A stretch of 63,347 nucleotides of DNA, the filler included, from Hyphochytrium catenoides (Eukaryota > Protista > Hyphochytriomycota), in assembly GCA_900088475.1 (NCBI GenBank). It is 10 parts of 10 records of this genome, joined end to end, with 100 filler letters (N's around TTAATTAATTAA, not from the genome) between each part and the next. Parts side by side here need not be neighbours in the genome. Positions count along the whole stretch, not along the records: positions 1 to 22,187 come from FLMG01003290.1; positions 22,288 to 26,484 come from FLMG01001225.1; 8 more parts are not named here. The stretch is one strand, 5' to 3'. Positions 11,571-25,300 of this stretch are shown here, piece after piece. A program made the translations under genes and the position numbers. Numbering within the stretch: the stretch's first letter is position 1; every line of letters begins with the position of its first letter. Below the pieces are notes generated by a model. That model worked only from the letters and a program-made list of their open reading frames with translations, was not told the DNA's origin and ran no database searches.

Positions 11571-14379
11571 TGAGATCGGGCGGGCGGAGGTGTTCTAGGA
11601 TATCACAAGCGGCTGTGTCGGGCCAGAGTTGGCTAAGTTGACTAAAGGGGATGAGCGCAGCTGTAGTAGAACGAAACAACAAGGAGAAGAGCTCCCTTCT
11701 TCGAGGGCTCTTCTCCCTTAGGAGAAAAAGAAGAAGACGTTGATGTCAGGATCGATGAGCAATGAAGGAAGAGACAGAGTGGATAGACCCCGGACCATAA
11801 GGCTGAGCAGCTTATCCTCTAAGAATCATCAAGAATCTTTCTTCCGTGCGCCTGAGGAGCAAGAAATAGAAGGAGAGACTGGGCAGGAAGATTGAAAAAG
11901 GAAGGAGGAGAACAGAGGAAGGCCAAGGGGAAAGAGAGGGAACTTACGGACTTCTTGATGTCCTGCCTGAGAGAAGAGGAGCGAGGAAAGTCAACTAAGG
12001 GAGACAAAAGAGAGGAAAGGAGCAGAAAGGTGGGAGGTACCAGCGGCAAAGTGGGAAGAGGGAGAGTGAGAAGAGAAGGGAAAGAGAAGAGAGAGAGCTT
12101 GAGAGAAACAGGGTAAGAAAGGGAGAGAGNNNNNNNNNNNNNNNNNNNNNNNNNNNNNNNNNNNNNNNNNNNNNNNNNNNNNNNNNNNNNNNNNNNNNNN
12201 NNNNNNNNNNNNNNNNNNNNNNNNNNNNNNNNNNNNNNNNNNNNNNNNNNNNNNNNNNNNNNNNNNNNNNNAAAGAGAGAGAGAGAAAGAGAGAGAGAGA
12301 GAAGAGAGAGAGACTTGGAAGGACAAAGGAAAAAGATGAAATGACATCATCTCTCTCCCTCCCTCCTCTCCTCTCTCTGAAACGGCTATCATCAGTCCTG
12401 GAGTAGCTCTGGAGCCCCACCCCCAATACAACGAACAGACAAACAACACACCTCTGTTGAAAAAAAAGACGTACCAGTAGAGCCACATGTACATCTTGGC
12501 CAACAGTACCGTTATGTTGAGCGAAGGTAGTTCCTATCTCTCTCTCGCTGCAGTACTGAATGGCTTAGGGCTATCTCTGACAGGTGTGGGAGTGTAGGTC
12601 TTCCTCTCTCATCTCTCACCGCCACCGCCTACTACAGACGCATATCTGTCCTGTCTGTTACTACAGCGTTATAATGCAGAGATGGTCTTCCATCGCATGC
12701 CGTCTACTACCTGCGCACATCGAGAATGTGGTCCTGGGTCAGCTTCCAGGAGGTGCTGTTGCTGGAGGTCTGCTGTACAAGTACCAGTAGTATAGTAGTA
12801 GACAGAAGTGGTAAGTCTATGTTACCTGCGTAAAGTCTAGCAGTAGTTGCAAGTACTACAATTATTAGGTTTCCCCAACTAATAAATAAATAAAAGTACT
12901 AGTAGTACGTCGTCGTACTACCATTCTTCTTGTCAGCAGCCGTCTTCCCAATATGCGATAAATAATAGAGATGCGGCGATAACTGATGATGATGACTGTT
13001 GCTGGCTCCAGCAGCCCGCCTGAGCATCTGTTGTCTTCTTCTTCAGTTCGATCGACGAAGTGATGACTTGCTTGCGACCTTTCAGTCGAAGATTATCAGG
13101 GTCCTCCTTATGTTTTTGTTGTTGAAGTGACACAACAATAGTAGTGCGAGTACCAGCCAGAGCCACCGGCAGCAGTAGTTATTACTACTTACTACCTACG
13201 GCGCTGGACTACATCTTTCTTTCTGCTATCATCACACGATAATGATGATGTTGATGGTGATCACACAGCACGTGCTAATGATAATGGACGACGCTAGCGT
13301 CTACTTCCCTATAAGAGAAGAAACAGTACTACTTTTGCTTGTAGCGCAACAAGAAGAAGGAGGAGAAGAGGACATTATCACCGCTACCACTAACAGAATG
13401 TCACAACCAGCAACTTAGGTTCCAGCCTTCAGGACTGCTTGGAGGACACTAGTGATGGACGCTCACCCGCTCCATAGTATAGATATATATATTCTACTGC
13501 TATTGTGGCTGCAGACAAAAATTCAACAAACTCACCATGTTAATAATAGTGGAGAGCAATCAAACAAGAATGAACAGACAACTTACTTCGGAGTCGTAGC
13601 GCTCTTTCTCATCAATTAATAACTAAAGCACTACTACGACGAGAATGCAGCAGGCATGATCATGAGCAGCGGACCTGCTGTCGACCACCAACAAGCGTGG
13701 TGGGAATAATGACGGTCTCTAGCTTGTGAATGACGGTCTCTAGCTTCTTGTACTTCTTGGCCCAAAACAGTAGAATATACACTTATATAGACTTATATAT
13801 GGAGCAGCTGAGCGTCCATCAGGGAGGCAACAGGTCACTTCTGCTCTTTACCTGCTGTTTGGCCTCCCTGATGGTGCTCCATACTAATTTATTACTAGCA
13901 TCATCAATAGGGGAGGACCAAGGTTGGTGGTGGTCTAGAACAAAGAGGAGCAAGAAAGCGCACAATGAACTGCTATACTACTACTAACTGCTCATTCTTC
14001 GCCATTTGCTCTCACGGATCTACTCCTCTTGGAACGAGGTAACAGTCCTGATGCAACCCAAAAAAGAAGTACGGAGAAAGGGAGAATCTTGTGGCTGCGA
14101 ACGGGTTCCGCCGCCCGCTAGTTGTTGCTGGTGCAATGCGAAACGTCGGAATGGTGGAGAACATGGTGCCTCCCATTAATCTTCAATCACTAGTATAGTG
14201 GATTCATCACGGTTCAAACTCTGAAGAAATCTGAACTACTGCTGACCCCTCCTCAGTGATCTTTAATTCTTACACCGTCCTTACAATTGAAGATGAACTT
14301 TATTATAAGGGCTTCGGTGATTTCATTGAGTTCTATCTCGAGTATCATGCATATTTTGTAGGACTTTGGCGCTGGTTGT

Positions 14380-14720
14380 TATTAGACTGCTGCTAGCTAC
14401 AGCTCAATAGTAGGAAACCAAGCATGAAGAGCTACCTTCAGTGCAACTTCTTGACTGCACAAGAGGCGTGTTACTTCTATGGCTTACGAGTGTGAAAGGA
14501 TGCTCGTCAGAAGTGCATTTGCAAGCGATGTCCACCGGCACAGCTAGAAACAGGTACAAATCCTGGGTACAATCAGCAAAATGAGAGTAAGAGAAGAGGA
14601 AAATGAATCTTCCATCTTCATCTTTCTCTTTCCTAAGATATCTACTGCCGTCAATCCTTGACGTGGTGGCTGTTCAGTCAGCGCCAAAGCCTCGAGGTTG
14701 ACAACCAGCAAGCAACAGTG
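14380..14720 (+). mobile_element. Possible highly decayed copia RNase H relic
   Basis: Broken remnants resemble S.KQ...ATS.EA.Y and EVDNQQA (copia DNQ.AI motif) in the expected order, with many indels. Confidence 0.25.
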
Positions 14721-15988
14721 TCAAGAGCCAGTGGTTGCTGATTCCCTCCCCTAGTCCCCATGTAGTTCTATATTTAAGAGCATCCACAAGACCCTGCACT
14801 TCTGTGCAGGAAAGTAGGGAAAGAAGAAAGGGAACCGAACGGGTGACTGACTGGCGCCCATCGGACAGAGAGAGAGAGAGGAAACAGAAAAGAGTCTAAC
14901 CAAGACCCACAAACCCGCCCACTCACCCTGATACTATTCCGCCTTGTATTACCGTGGAGCTCACTTCAGCTGCATCGTTACCTGATCATTAACCGCCTCT
15001 GGTCAAAGACGCAAGGGGATTGTGATCCTTTTCGCTGCTTTTGCACCAATCAGAGGTCTCTCCTCTCCTCTCTGACCAGAAGGCGTTCTACACCCTGCAT
15101 TCTCAACTCACAACCTGTTGTGTCTCTGTCTCTCTAATGCCCCCATTCTTCAATATTCTGGCTTTAAAGGACCATAACGTTAGCTATGTAGTACGGTATC
15201 TATATCTCACTCTGTCTCCCTAGAGCTGTATCTCTCTTCAGACTAAGGTGCAGCACTTGACCAGTGGCCCCTCCTCTCCTTTCCCTATCCGCCTTTTTTT
15301 TTGCATGTCAATCCTTGCCTAAGATATCTGACTCTCCGTACTACTACTCCTGGAAGAATACAATAAATTGACCTATTGACTGAACCGAGAGAGGTCATAT
15401 TATTATTTGTGGGTCCCTTTCCCAGTATGGCTGACGTTCCAAAAGTTCACAAACACTTGCCAACCCTTCAAACACACTATCACATGCCTCACACACATGA
15501 TCTCTTCTCATCCTGACCCCATGGATAATAGCTTCTTCAAAGGCCAAACACAGATGAGATGAGCTTAAGAATGGTGTTGAGAGTGTTCCAGATGGGTAAG
15601 GCGTTTTTGCCCCTGCAGAGATAGAACTTCGGTGCTTGGTAGATTCTCAGAGAGAGAGAGAGAGAGAGAGANNNNNNNNNNNNNNNNNNNNNNNNNNNNN
15701 NNNNNNNNNNNNNNNNNNNNNNNNNNNNGAGAGAGAGAGAGCGAAAGAGAGAGAGAACGGAAGCAGAGAGCAAAACCCATGGAGAGAGAGTGAGACTGAG
15801 AAAGAGAAAGAGAAAGAAGGAGAGAGAGAAGAGAGAGACAAAAGGGAAAGGTCACAGGGAAGAACGAGACAGAGCTCAGTATGGAAGCATACATCCAGGG
15901 CGAGAGACAGAGAAGAGGTTTGGACACGACAGGCTGCTGCTGGATGATGGCAGAGCTCGCGAATGGAACTGGATCGTGAGAAAACGGG

Positions 15989-16025
<37 letters not shown>

Positions 16026-16771
16026 GGGGAGGGTTCACAGCTGTGAGCACAAGGCACACGAAGACTGAAGAGCCGCTGCTTTGCATTCTGCTTTGGAGGA
16101 GGACCTTCCTTCCATTCTTGGTCGTTTGATATCTCTTGCAAAGGGTGGCAGGGCAAGGAAAGGAGAGAGAGAGAGAGATGGAGAGAGAAGAGAGAAGAGC
16201 CAAGTCAAGCCAAGCCACCTTGTCTTTCGCACGTTGCTGTTCTTCCTCTTCTCTCTCTCTCTCTCTTTTTCTCTCTCTCTCTCTCTCTCTCTCTTCTCTG
16301 TCTCTTTCTTTCTCCTTGCTCAACGCTCGTTCTCTGTACCTCGGCTCTTTCCTTGTCACCCCTTCCTCCCTTGTCCTTCTTCCTCTAGAGCTCCGTTAAA
16401 GCAAGTTTGTGGTTGACGCGATCCTTCTTTTACGCATCTTCATTTCTCCCAGCCCAGAGGTGGTTCCCCATGCTGCGCCAGTAGAGCGGAAAGCGATAGC
16501 TAGACCTAAAGTGGAGAGACTGACAGAGAGAGAGAGAGAAAGAGACTGACAAGAGAGAGAGAGAGAGACGTGCGAATGTTCGAATGAAAAGGAGCGGGGA
16601 GAGCGCATTCGAAGGAGCTTCTTATCGTCAGCACAATCCAACTTGGAGCTTCAGATAGTATTCTAGAGCTTCAGCGCTTTCCAGAGACATATTGAGACGT
16701 AGACGAGAACCAGATAGGGACATCTTAAAAGAGAGAGAGGAGACAGCGAGAGAGAGAGAGAGACCTTGACC

Positions 16772-17878
16772 ATGGGAGACTGCAAGCACGGTTGCGCAGC
16801 GAAGAAGAGCTCGCAAAGCTCCATCATCGCTGCAGTACTCCGCGATCGCTTCTGCATTGAGTTCCCCGAGCAGCCAAATGACTATGAGACACTAGGAAGC
16901 AAAGCCAGCAAGCACCAGCATAACGTTCAGCAGAAAGAGCTTCTCTATGACAATCTCAGTCTAGGAGGAGATAGCGTGCTTGGATCCTTCTATGACAAGA
17001 GACTGGATCCTCTCCCGTACGATGACAGCGCCCACTCAGACGATTCACGGAGCACACAGCCTACCTCAGACGACGATATGGGAAGCTTCCATCGGCCTCG
17101 GACGACAACTTTAACGCTGACAGAGAGGACCATGTCACCAAAGAGACGGCGCTCAAGCGCAACGTCCTTCACTCCTATTCAGAACTATCAGAGCGGGTTC
17201 ATGAAGTGCTACACGCCTGGTGCGCTGGTCTCAAGAACATACTGGTTTGTCCTGCAGCAGTCTGTGCTGTCCTATTATACTGACACCTTCGGCCCGATGA
17301 AAGGAACTTTTATCGTTGCGCACGTCAGTAAGAACGCTACCCCTCGGCCCTCGCTGCTGGTCTGTGGGCTGAACAGTACAGCGCTGGTGCTAGAGCCAGA
17401 GAGTGAAGCAGTGATGGAGAGCTGGTTTGCGGCGCTAGCAGAGGCTGCGTCATCGCGGATGGTAAACCTGGTGACAGAGCTGGAGGCGACGTCTAATGAC
17501 TGGGTGAGTAAGAGCTTGTCTATAAAGGGCTGGCTAGTGAAGGAGGGACGGCTCTTCAAGACCTGGAGAAGGCGGTTCGCGGTGCTATTGGAGAATGGAC
17601 TGTTTGCTTACTATCCTGATGATAAACCCTGGTCGGTGCCCAAGTATAAGGCTTATTTGCACTCGATTTCCTTCTGGGAGGGAAAGCAGAACGGCCTGGT
17701 GATGGCGCTGACGGACGGTAGAGTGTTGAAGGCCTCCGCACCGACTGTAGAGGAGCAGCTGCGATGGATTGCCGTGGGAGGTAAGATAGCAGAGAAGCGC
17801 CGAGAGCTGGACTATACTCAGCCTTCCTATGAGGTGGACAGTGATGAGGATCGGGCTAGCGACATTGCCCTGCTATAG
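16772..17878 (+). CDS. Tandem PH-domain protein (apparently intronless)
   Basis: PH1: SGFMK...TYWFVLQQSVLSYY...MESWFAAL. PH2: IKGWLVKEGRLFKTWRRRFAVL..GLFAYY...EEQLRWI. The first ATG is at 16772. Confidence 0.88.
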   Translation: MGDCKHGCAAKKSSQSSIIAAVLRDRFCIEFPEQPNDYETLGSKASKHQHNVQQKELLYDNLSLGGDSVLGSFYDKRLDPLPYDDSAHSDDSRSTQPTSDDDMGSFHRPRTTTLTLTERTMSPKRRRSSATSFTPIQNYQSGFMKCYTPGALVSRTYWFVLQQSVLSYYTDTFGPMKGTFIVAHVSKNATPRPSLLVCGLNSTALVLEPESEAVMESWFAALAEAASSRMVNLVTELEATSNDWVSKSLSIKGWLVKEGRLFKTWRRRFAVLLENGLFAYYPDDKPWSVPKYKAYLHSISFWEGKQNGLVMALTDGRVLKASAPTVEEQLRWIAVGGKIAEKRRELDYTQPSYEVDSDEDRASDIALL

Positions 17879-18199
17879 AGTCATTGCGGAGGAAAGCTGG
17901 AGAGAGTGCGCTGAACACCAAGTGTCAGATGCTAATCATCTGTGTCTATATGTCGTTTATATGAGGAGATTGAAGCTGCGGAAGGTTAGGTACCACTAGC
18001 ATCCATCTATAGAGAGGAAGGAGACGGCGTCTTCCGCCTGTGTGCTTCCTCATAATAATAAGTCCTAGAATAATGCTCTGACAAACGATAGACTGTCATT
18101 GACAGCTCGCCCTGTCTCTCAGCCCCACTTCCCCTGTCCCGTATTAGTCGAGAGATGCTCATACGTGGCTCCTGCTTCCAACCTCTCCTTTCAAAGGGA

Positions 18200-21100
18200 A
18201 AGGGTAGCAGAGCTAGATAGCAGATGCAAGCACCTCACCAGGACTTTCTTTTATGCAGAAGGGCACAGCTCAGGGAGCTAATGTAGACAGGCCAGTTAGC
18301 GGTCATTAAGACTCCTCTCAAGATATACTGCTCCCTCACATCCCTCCTCGGGCAGGAGGAAAGGGCGATCCCCACTGATAATGGGCTATGAACATAGAGG
18401 AAACGAACAAGCGACACATCGCTCCTCCATAAAGAATATGATAAGGTTCCTAGAAGAAAGGTGGATATGGGTCCATGACGCCTGTTCATTAACACGTTAT
18501 AAACGGCAGCTAAGGCCGTCCTAGGATATCGACTATAGGACGTAAGGAGCGGCGAACAGAGATTGCCGCGCCGCTGCGAAGCACGGGGAGCGTTGACGAC
18601 CAGGACAAAAACGCCGTCATCGCTACTCTTGGTCTCACTGCAGGCTCTATTGTAGCAAGAAAAGGACAAGTCAGACATAGAGTTGGCATTCGGAGGTGGG
18701 CATAGCGTTCTAGGGACGATGGTCAGTGTAACTATGACTAATAACTGATCCTCGCTCAGGCCCAGTCAGTACGACAGGCAACAGAGAGCTCCCTGGATCT
18801 AAACTGTCATCATCCCATCACGGAAGAAGACTTAACATAGGGAAGAAGCGTCCGGTCATGTTTCGAGCCTCAGAGTGTTACACTTTGTCCTCATAGATTG
18901 TAGGACAGGGATAATTGTTTGGCCATCAGTGGCATTTGACAGACCGGACCCGTGTTCCCACCCATACTTTTAACTTCTAACCTCATTGTTCCTCACTGAC
19001 CTTAAAGATTAAGAGCAGAGAGACTCCTGAGCTTCCAAGAGCATATGCCTGCGTCGTAAGCTCAGTTTGACAGTGCCTATGATAAAAGAAGGACGAGAAG
19101 GACGAGGAAAATGAGTTAGGGATGTGAAGAAGTAAAAGAAGGGAAACGAAAAGCGTGTGAAGAGGAAAGATTGTTTGCAGTCGTGGCAAGATCAGACAAG
19201 AAGGGCGTGACCCCTTCGGAACAAGCTTTCTGCATCGGCCGAGGCCTAAAAGCGAGCTGGGTATATTGGTGTCATCACCACAAGCCCCGACCGACATCAA
19301 GGAATAAAGCAAAGAGCTGGCCGATGTTGATCGACAGAGAGACGGAATAGACTTAACAAATGAGCAAGTAAATCAGTGATGCAGAGCGAGAGACAGATCT
19401 GTCTGTGCTGCGGCATCCATGTAGCGCGATGAGATCATGACCCACTCTGTTAAAATGGGCCCGAAGTGCACTCGTCAGAACCGTGGTTATTCCGCCTGGG
19501 GCGGCGACACTCGTTGTTTCCTAATCACCTCTCCTCGCACTCACACAGCCGCAGCACAGAACAGATACAGCCCTCGCATCAGATCATGAAACACCTGTCC
19601 ACACTTCCTACCTTTCGACTTGGCAAGTGACTCGGATAGCTGACAACCTGGGCCCATCACTATCAGGCTGAGTAAGCTCATAGATAGATGCACTGCAAGG
19701 GGAAAAGAATGTGTCTTAGCCACGGGGCCCCAACCGCGACGCAGAAGCGCTGCTGGCGCACGAAAAGCCAAGATATATCTTCCTGCCGTTTCAAGGCTAA
19801 TAACATACGAAGGATGTCCACTGCCTCAAGTTTCCAGAGCAGGTGAAGAAAGTACGAGAATAAAAAGGGGAGAAACGAGAGAAGCCTAGGAGTCCTACCA
19901 AGGCTTGGTGAGGGGCTTAGGACCGATAATGAGCCATCGCGAGAGTGTTGGCCCCTCAAACCAAAGGTGTCCTGGTGTGCATAGAGACAAGGAGAGAGAG
20001 ACACAGTTAGCGTCATTCGTGGCACCAAACTCTAGGCTTTAGAAAGATGAGGCGCAGGGATCAGGAGTTTATTTGATATAAAGACAACCACCAGTACACA
20101 GACTGTCTTGGATGGTTCTCTCATCAGCTCCCCGCATAGCAAGGAGTAGAAGAGCACACAGCAGCCTCATTAAGCCCGCAACGTCACCATAGGATCGAGG
20201 TGCGACCCCCGGTAAGATGGGTAAACGGCGTAAAGAGGGATCTAATCATAGGCACTGTGAAGGTGCAAGAGCCATAAACCCCAACTGGCTGGCAAGGAAC
20301 TTACTTTCAGGTGCTAACGCAGTTATACGCCATCCTGAGAGAGAACTTCAGGGAGCTGGGTGGCTAAAAGGTTGGGCAATCTCATCAACCTCGCCCCTGA
20401 ACAAGCTCGGATCTTGAATGAAGAACACTGTGACGAAGGAGAGCAGCATCGTCAGGTCATGCAGCTGCAGTATGCGATAGCCGAGGGAACATGTATTTCT
20501 GTTCTCTGCGGATAGAAAGTGTGCTCGATGTAATTTCGACCCTCTCAGGAATCANNNNNNNNNNNNNNNNNNNNNNNNNNNNNNNNNNNNNNNNNNNNNN
20601 NNNNNNNNNNNNNGATATGCTACGACCAAGGCAGAAGCGCGGAGAATATGACTATCCATCAACACGCCCCTGCTCTGGGATGCATACCCCTGTCGCAAGA
20701 AGATTGCAGCCACTCTAGTCACAGTCCAACAAAAACGACATCAACTACTGGAGTAGCCGCGATTCACTTACCGTGGGCAAGAAAGGTACTAGCTTTCGAA
20801 CAGAGAAGGCCAGTCCTTTGATGTCACAAGGACAGCTGTCGGTCTCGGCGCTCTTTCCGAGACACAACCATGGCACCATCTTCGACTCGGCGCCATCGTG
20901 GGGGAGGCTGGCAGACACTTGTGGACCAAGCACAAGTATCTCCGCTTTGAGCTTGAGCTTCACTTGGCTATTATCGATGTAAGCAAGGTCCAGGTAGTGC
21001 CTCTCTTTGGAGCCTCAGCCTCTGCCTTTGAGGCGCTTGCGTTATGAAAGGCTGAGCGGCGCTGCGGACCAACCACTTCCGTTCCATCAGAAGCCTCAGA

Positions 21101-21200
21101 CCAAGATCCTGCAGCACCACCCAATCGGTCCCTAACAGTATACACGATCAATAATACGCCGAGAACCAGATGTAAATAACCTGGCCTAAGGTCGTAGTAA
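18200..21200 (-). mobile_element. Probable strongly decayed LTR-retrotransposon relics (gypsy-like RT/RNase H remnants ~19800-20400)
   Basis: Microsatellite-free stretch with no long ORF. Fragments such as TPFTHLTG, EFGATNDAN (cf. TDAS) and PHQALVGLL (cf. TDH.AL) appear in pol order with frameshifts. Confidence 0.3.
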
Positions 21201-22187
21201 TGAGCTTTCACACTGTATTGTGCCTGATTTCGTCGTCTTTTCTTCCTTGTTGTACTTGTAGGTGTTACCTTAAACAGTCGTTAGTAGTCTCCAAGCGTTA
21301 GTATGGTACGATCCTACTTTTGCACTGCTTATTACAGTCGCATATTACGTCCCAAGGTCCTATTCCGATCTGAGCCAGCTTCTGGGGGACGTCTCTAGTC
21401 AGGTGAACATCTTAACAGACAGGCAAATACAGGGTTGTACAAGGTCAAGGAGTGGTCCTGTGGTCAGTGTGCTCGCAAACACAAACACAGACTCAGAGCT
21501 ACAACCACATGACAGACAGAGTCCTGAAGAGATACAAGAGGACGGGACTTTAGATTTAGCTTAAAGAGAATGCTTGATCGAGACAGATGTGAATGATAGA
21601 GAGTCAAGAAGTGAGAGAAAGAAGATAATGTGGGCGGGAGAGAAAGGCAAACAGAGGGTGTGACAGAGAGGGGGAAAGCAGAAAGAGAGGAAGACCAAGA
21701 GACAGAGACAGAGAGAGAGGGGCAAAGAGAGATATCAGGAGAGAGAGAGAGAGAGACCAGAGAGGGAGGAAGTGAGAACAACCTCAACATCTACGGAAGG
21801 AGTTAGGAAGAACAGGACAAAGAATGGATAGGAGAATGGGAAGAGAGAGAGAGAGAGAGNNNNNNNNNNNNNNNNNNNNNNNNNNNNGAGAGAGAGAGAG
21901 AGAGAGAAAAGAGAGACGGTGTTTTGATGGCGAGAGGTACCGTAGAACTTGAAAGATACGGAACAGACCTTGAGCTGGTGTAGTCAGCCTTCGTACCAGT
22001 ATGAAGCACTGGAGAGACTGACTGATCTGAGCAAGGGAGAACTTGAGAAGACACCGCTACTCAGTAGAACTATCTACACCAAGAACGTACTATCACGAAG
22101 CTGGTGCAGGAGCTCCAGCGGCACACCATTCTCTCTCTTTCCTCTCCTCTCTTTTCTCTCTCTCTCTCTCCCTCTCTCTCTCTCTCT

Positions 22188-22287
22188 NNNNNNNNNNNNN
22201 NNNNNNNNNNNNNNNNNNNNNNNNNNNNNNNTTAATTAATTAANNNNNNNNNNNNNNNNNNNNNNNNNNNNNNNNNNNNNNNNNNNN
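22188..22287. other. Artificial contig linker (44N-TTAATTAATTAA-44N); others at 26485, 29680, 32882, 37268, 40882, 47971, 61030, 62196
   Basis: The identical 100-nt spacer with a six-frame stop 12-mer recurs nine times. Confidence 0.97.
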
Positions 22288-22347
22288 AAAAGAACAACCA
22301 CAAAGAGTCAGATGAAAGAACGTGAGAGAAAAGTTTGATCCTCAACA

Positions 22348-25300
22348 ACAACCTCCTGCAGCGATGAAGGCATATCCCATGGTGGACTTGTAGTCATCCA
22401 CAGAGTTGCCCCAGTCAGCATCTGCATAGCCGAAGACATGGAGGCTGTTGAAGCCCTTGGATCGGTCACCTCCTCCAAACACAATACCAAGGTCAGATGT
22501 CTCCTTTAGGTAACGTAGGACCCTCTTCGCTGCTTGCCAGTGGGCCTGACCTGGGTTACTGACAAACCTTCCAAGCATCCCCACTGCAAAGGCAATGTCT
22601 GGCCTTGTTGCCACCATTGCATACATTAAAGATCCCACAAGGCTCCGGTACATTACTGCTAGATCCTTCTGACTCGGCTGAGGCCCAAGGTCTTTCGATA
22701 GGCTGAGCTTGGCCTCCATGGGTGTATGCACGCCGTTGCAGTCAGTCATCCGATAGCGTTCAAGGATTCGCTGTATGTAGGCCCGTTGGCCTACCCAGAT
22801 CTTTCCAGCTCCGGTCACGAATGATCTCCATGCCAAGGAAGAAGCCAACTTCCCCCAGATTGTTCATCTTGAACTCGGCATTGAATCCTCGTTCAAGCCT
22901 GTAGACCTCTCCCTCGTAATCGCCGATGACCAGAAGATCATCAACATACACAATGACCAGTGTTAGGTCATCGCCACTCCTGAGGTAGTACAAGCAGTCA
23001 TCCGCCTGGCTCTGGCAATACCCCTCAGAGATTAGAAAGCTGGATAGCCTTTCATTCCATACTCTAGGGGCTTGCTTTAGCCCATAGAGGGACTTCTTGA
23101 GCCGGCACACCTTGCCTTCCTGTCCATGTGCAGCAAAACCTTCTGGCTGCAGCATGTACACCTCCTCCTCAAGGTGGCCATAGAGAAAGGCTGTCTTCAC
23201 ATCCAGGTGGATGATATCCAGGTCCTGCAGTGCAGCCATAGCTAGGGCTAGGCGCACCGTGGAGAGTTTGGCCACTGGGGCAAAGGTCTCGAAGTAGTCT
23301 ACGCCAAAGACTTGGCGAAAACCTTTGACCACCAGCCGTGCCTTGTGTCTGGTGACTTTCCCGTCTGCACCAGTCTTAATCTTATAGAGCCATTTACAGG
23401 CAATTGGCTTGCGTCCAGCTGGCAGGTCAGTGAGCTCCCACGTACCGTTTTCCATCAGAGAATCGTATTCTTCACGCATGGCTGCCTGCCACTCGGTGCT
23501 TTCTGCACATCCAATGGCCTCTTTGTAGGTAGAGGGCTCATTCACGGCTTGGACCCCGCCGGAGTAGTAAGCATATTCAATCTCTCCCGGGTGCTCCATG
23601 GTGGTTAGTAGAGACTCCTCCTCAATAGCAAAGCGCACTTTGGGTCTCCTTGCCCTCTCAGACCTTCGTAGCTGTGGTGGTTGCGTGTTGGTCTCGTCAT
23701 GGTCAATGACATCACTGTCTATTTCCTCATCAGAGACTGAATCCTCTGAGTGTGAGTTTTCAGTCGATGAGTCTGCACGAGCAAATGTGTCTTCCTCTGA
23801 CTCCTCCTGAACGCTAGCCTCACCAGTGCTCTCTTCGTCTAACATATTCAGGGCTTGATCAGGTAATTGCTGCTGCTGCCGGTGCTGTCGCGCGCTCGCC
23901 CAGTGAATGACAGCTAGCTCCAGTGGTTCTCGGTGCCTATGTGCTCCTCTCTGCTCCGGGTAAGGAAATGAGGCCTCATCGAACTGGACATCTTTGGAAA
24001 TAATGATTTTCCTGTTCATTAGGTCCAACAGTCGATACGCCTTCTGCCCAGGACTGTAACCCAGCAAAATGCACTGAATCCCCCGTGACTCCAACTTGCG
24101 CTTGTGCTCCTTGTTCAGCGCATATGCTTCACAGCCAAATGGGCGTAGGAAGTGCACACTTGGCTTCTTCCCTCCATGCCAGACTTCATAGGGTGTTGCC
24201 CTACCCGCTAGCGCTGCGGAGGGCGACCTGTTACGTAGATAGACGGCTGTCTGTACAGCCTCACCCCAATACATGTCTGCTAGTCCTGCTTGCCTGAGCA
24301 TGCACCGAACATTTCCTAGAATTGTCCTGTTAAAGCGCTCTGCCACACCATTCTGCTCAGGGGTCCTAGGTGCTGTTTTCTGGTGCTCGATCCCATCACT
24401 CTCTAGGTAGTCCTCGAATTCAGTGGAGGTGTACTCTCCACCGTTGTCGGTACGGATGCATTTTATAGCCTTCCCAGTCTGCTTCTCCACATAGGCCCGA
24501 AACTTACGAAATGCAGCGCTAGCTTCTCCCTCATGCTTTAGGAGGTAGGCCCAAGAGAGTCGAGAGCGGTCGTCGATGAAGCTCTGCATGTACCGCTCCC
24601 CATTCTGCGTCTTGACCTTAAAGTCCAGCAGGTCTGAGTGCACAACTTCAAGAAGGTCCTTGGCTCTCGTCGCTGGACCCTTTGACCTCGGTTGCCTAAC
24701 TAGTTTCTCCAGTAGGCAGGTCTTGCAGCGTTGAACCTCATCGCTGCTTTCGATCAGAGGGATCTTCAAGTCCCTTAGTAGCTTCCTGACCGCTTCATGA
24801 TGCAGGTGGCCTAGACGGACGTGCCACTCTTGAAGGGTTAGACCCGAGCCATTTGCTGCTATGGTTGCTGCAATCTCCTTGTTGCTGCTGCCTTTGATCT
24901 TGGCTCCTTGAACCTTCCCTTGGAGTACATAAAGCCTATCCTCAATAGACTCTTGAGCCACCCCGAGCAGCTGGTGCCTTGTCTGCCGTCCGTTCTTGAC
25001 AGCCCGGTAGATCTTTCCCCCTTCGGACCCTTTGAAGGTGATGTAGTAGTTCTTGCTCTCGACCACCTTCTTCACGGAGAAGAGGTTTACATGCAGTCCA
25101 GGCACATGGTAGACATCCTTGAAGGTACAAGGGGTAATACTGTCGTCCGTCTCCAGCACCATTTCAACATCCCCCTTACCAATTGCCATGAGGTCCTTAC
25201 CCCCTGCAGGCTTGACTCTCACTGGCTTGGACAGCTTTTGATAATTCTTGGACACCGTCTTGTCATGGGACATGTGGGCTGTGCAACCCGAGTCAAGAAT

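Noticed and set aside
12500-14300. Region rich in TAG/CTA and CAG triplets with short ORFs and a small duplication near 13710-13746
   Set aside because: No coherent coding or RNA structure is recognisable, so it is treated as intergenic.
21920-22128. TG...CA-bounded island between microsatellites as a solo LTR
   Set aside because: It has no target-site duplication, no terminal inverted repeat and no second copy in the window.
22232-22243. Recurring palindromic TTAATTAATTAA as a biological motif or regularly spaced repeat
   Set aside because: It is always centred in exactly 44+44 Ns, so it is an artificial six-frame-stop contig linker. Adjacency across these linkers is not evidence of real linkage.
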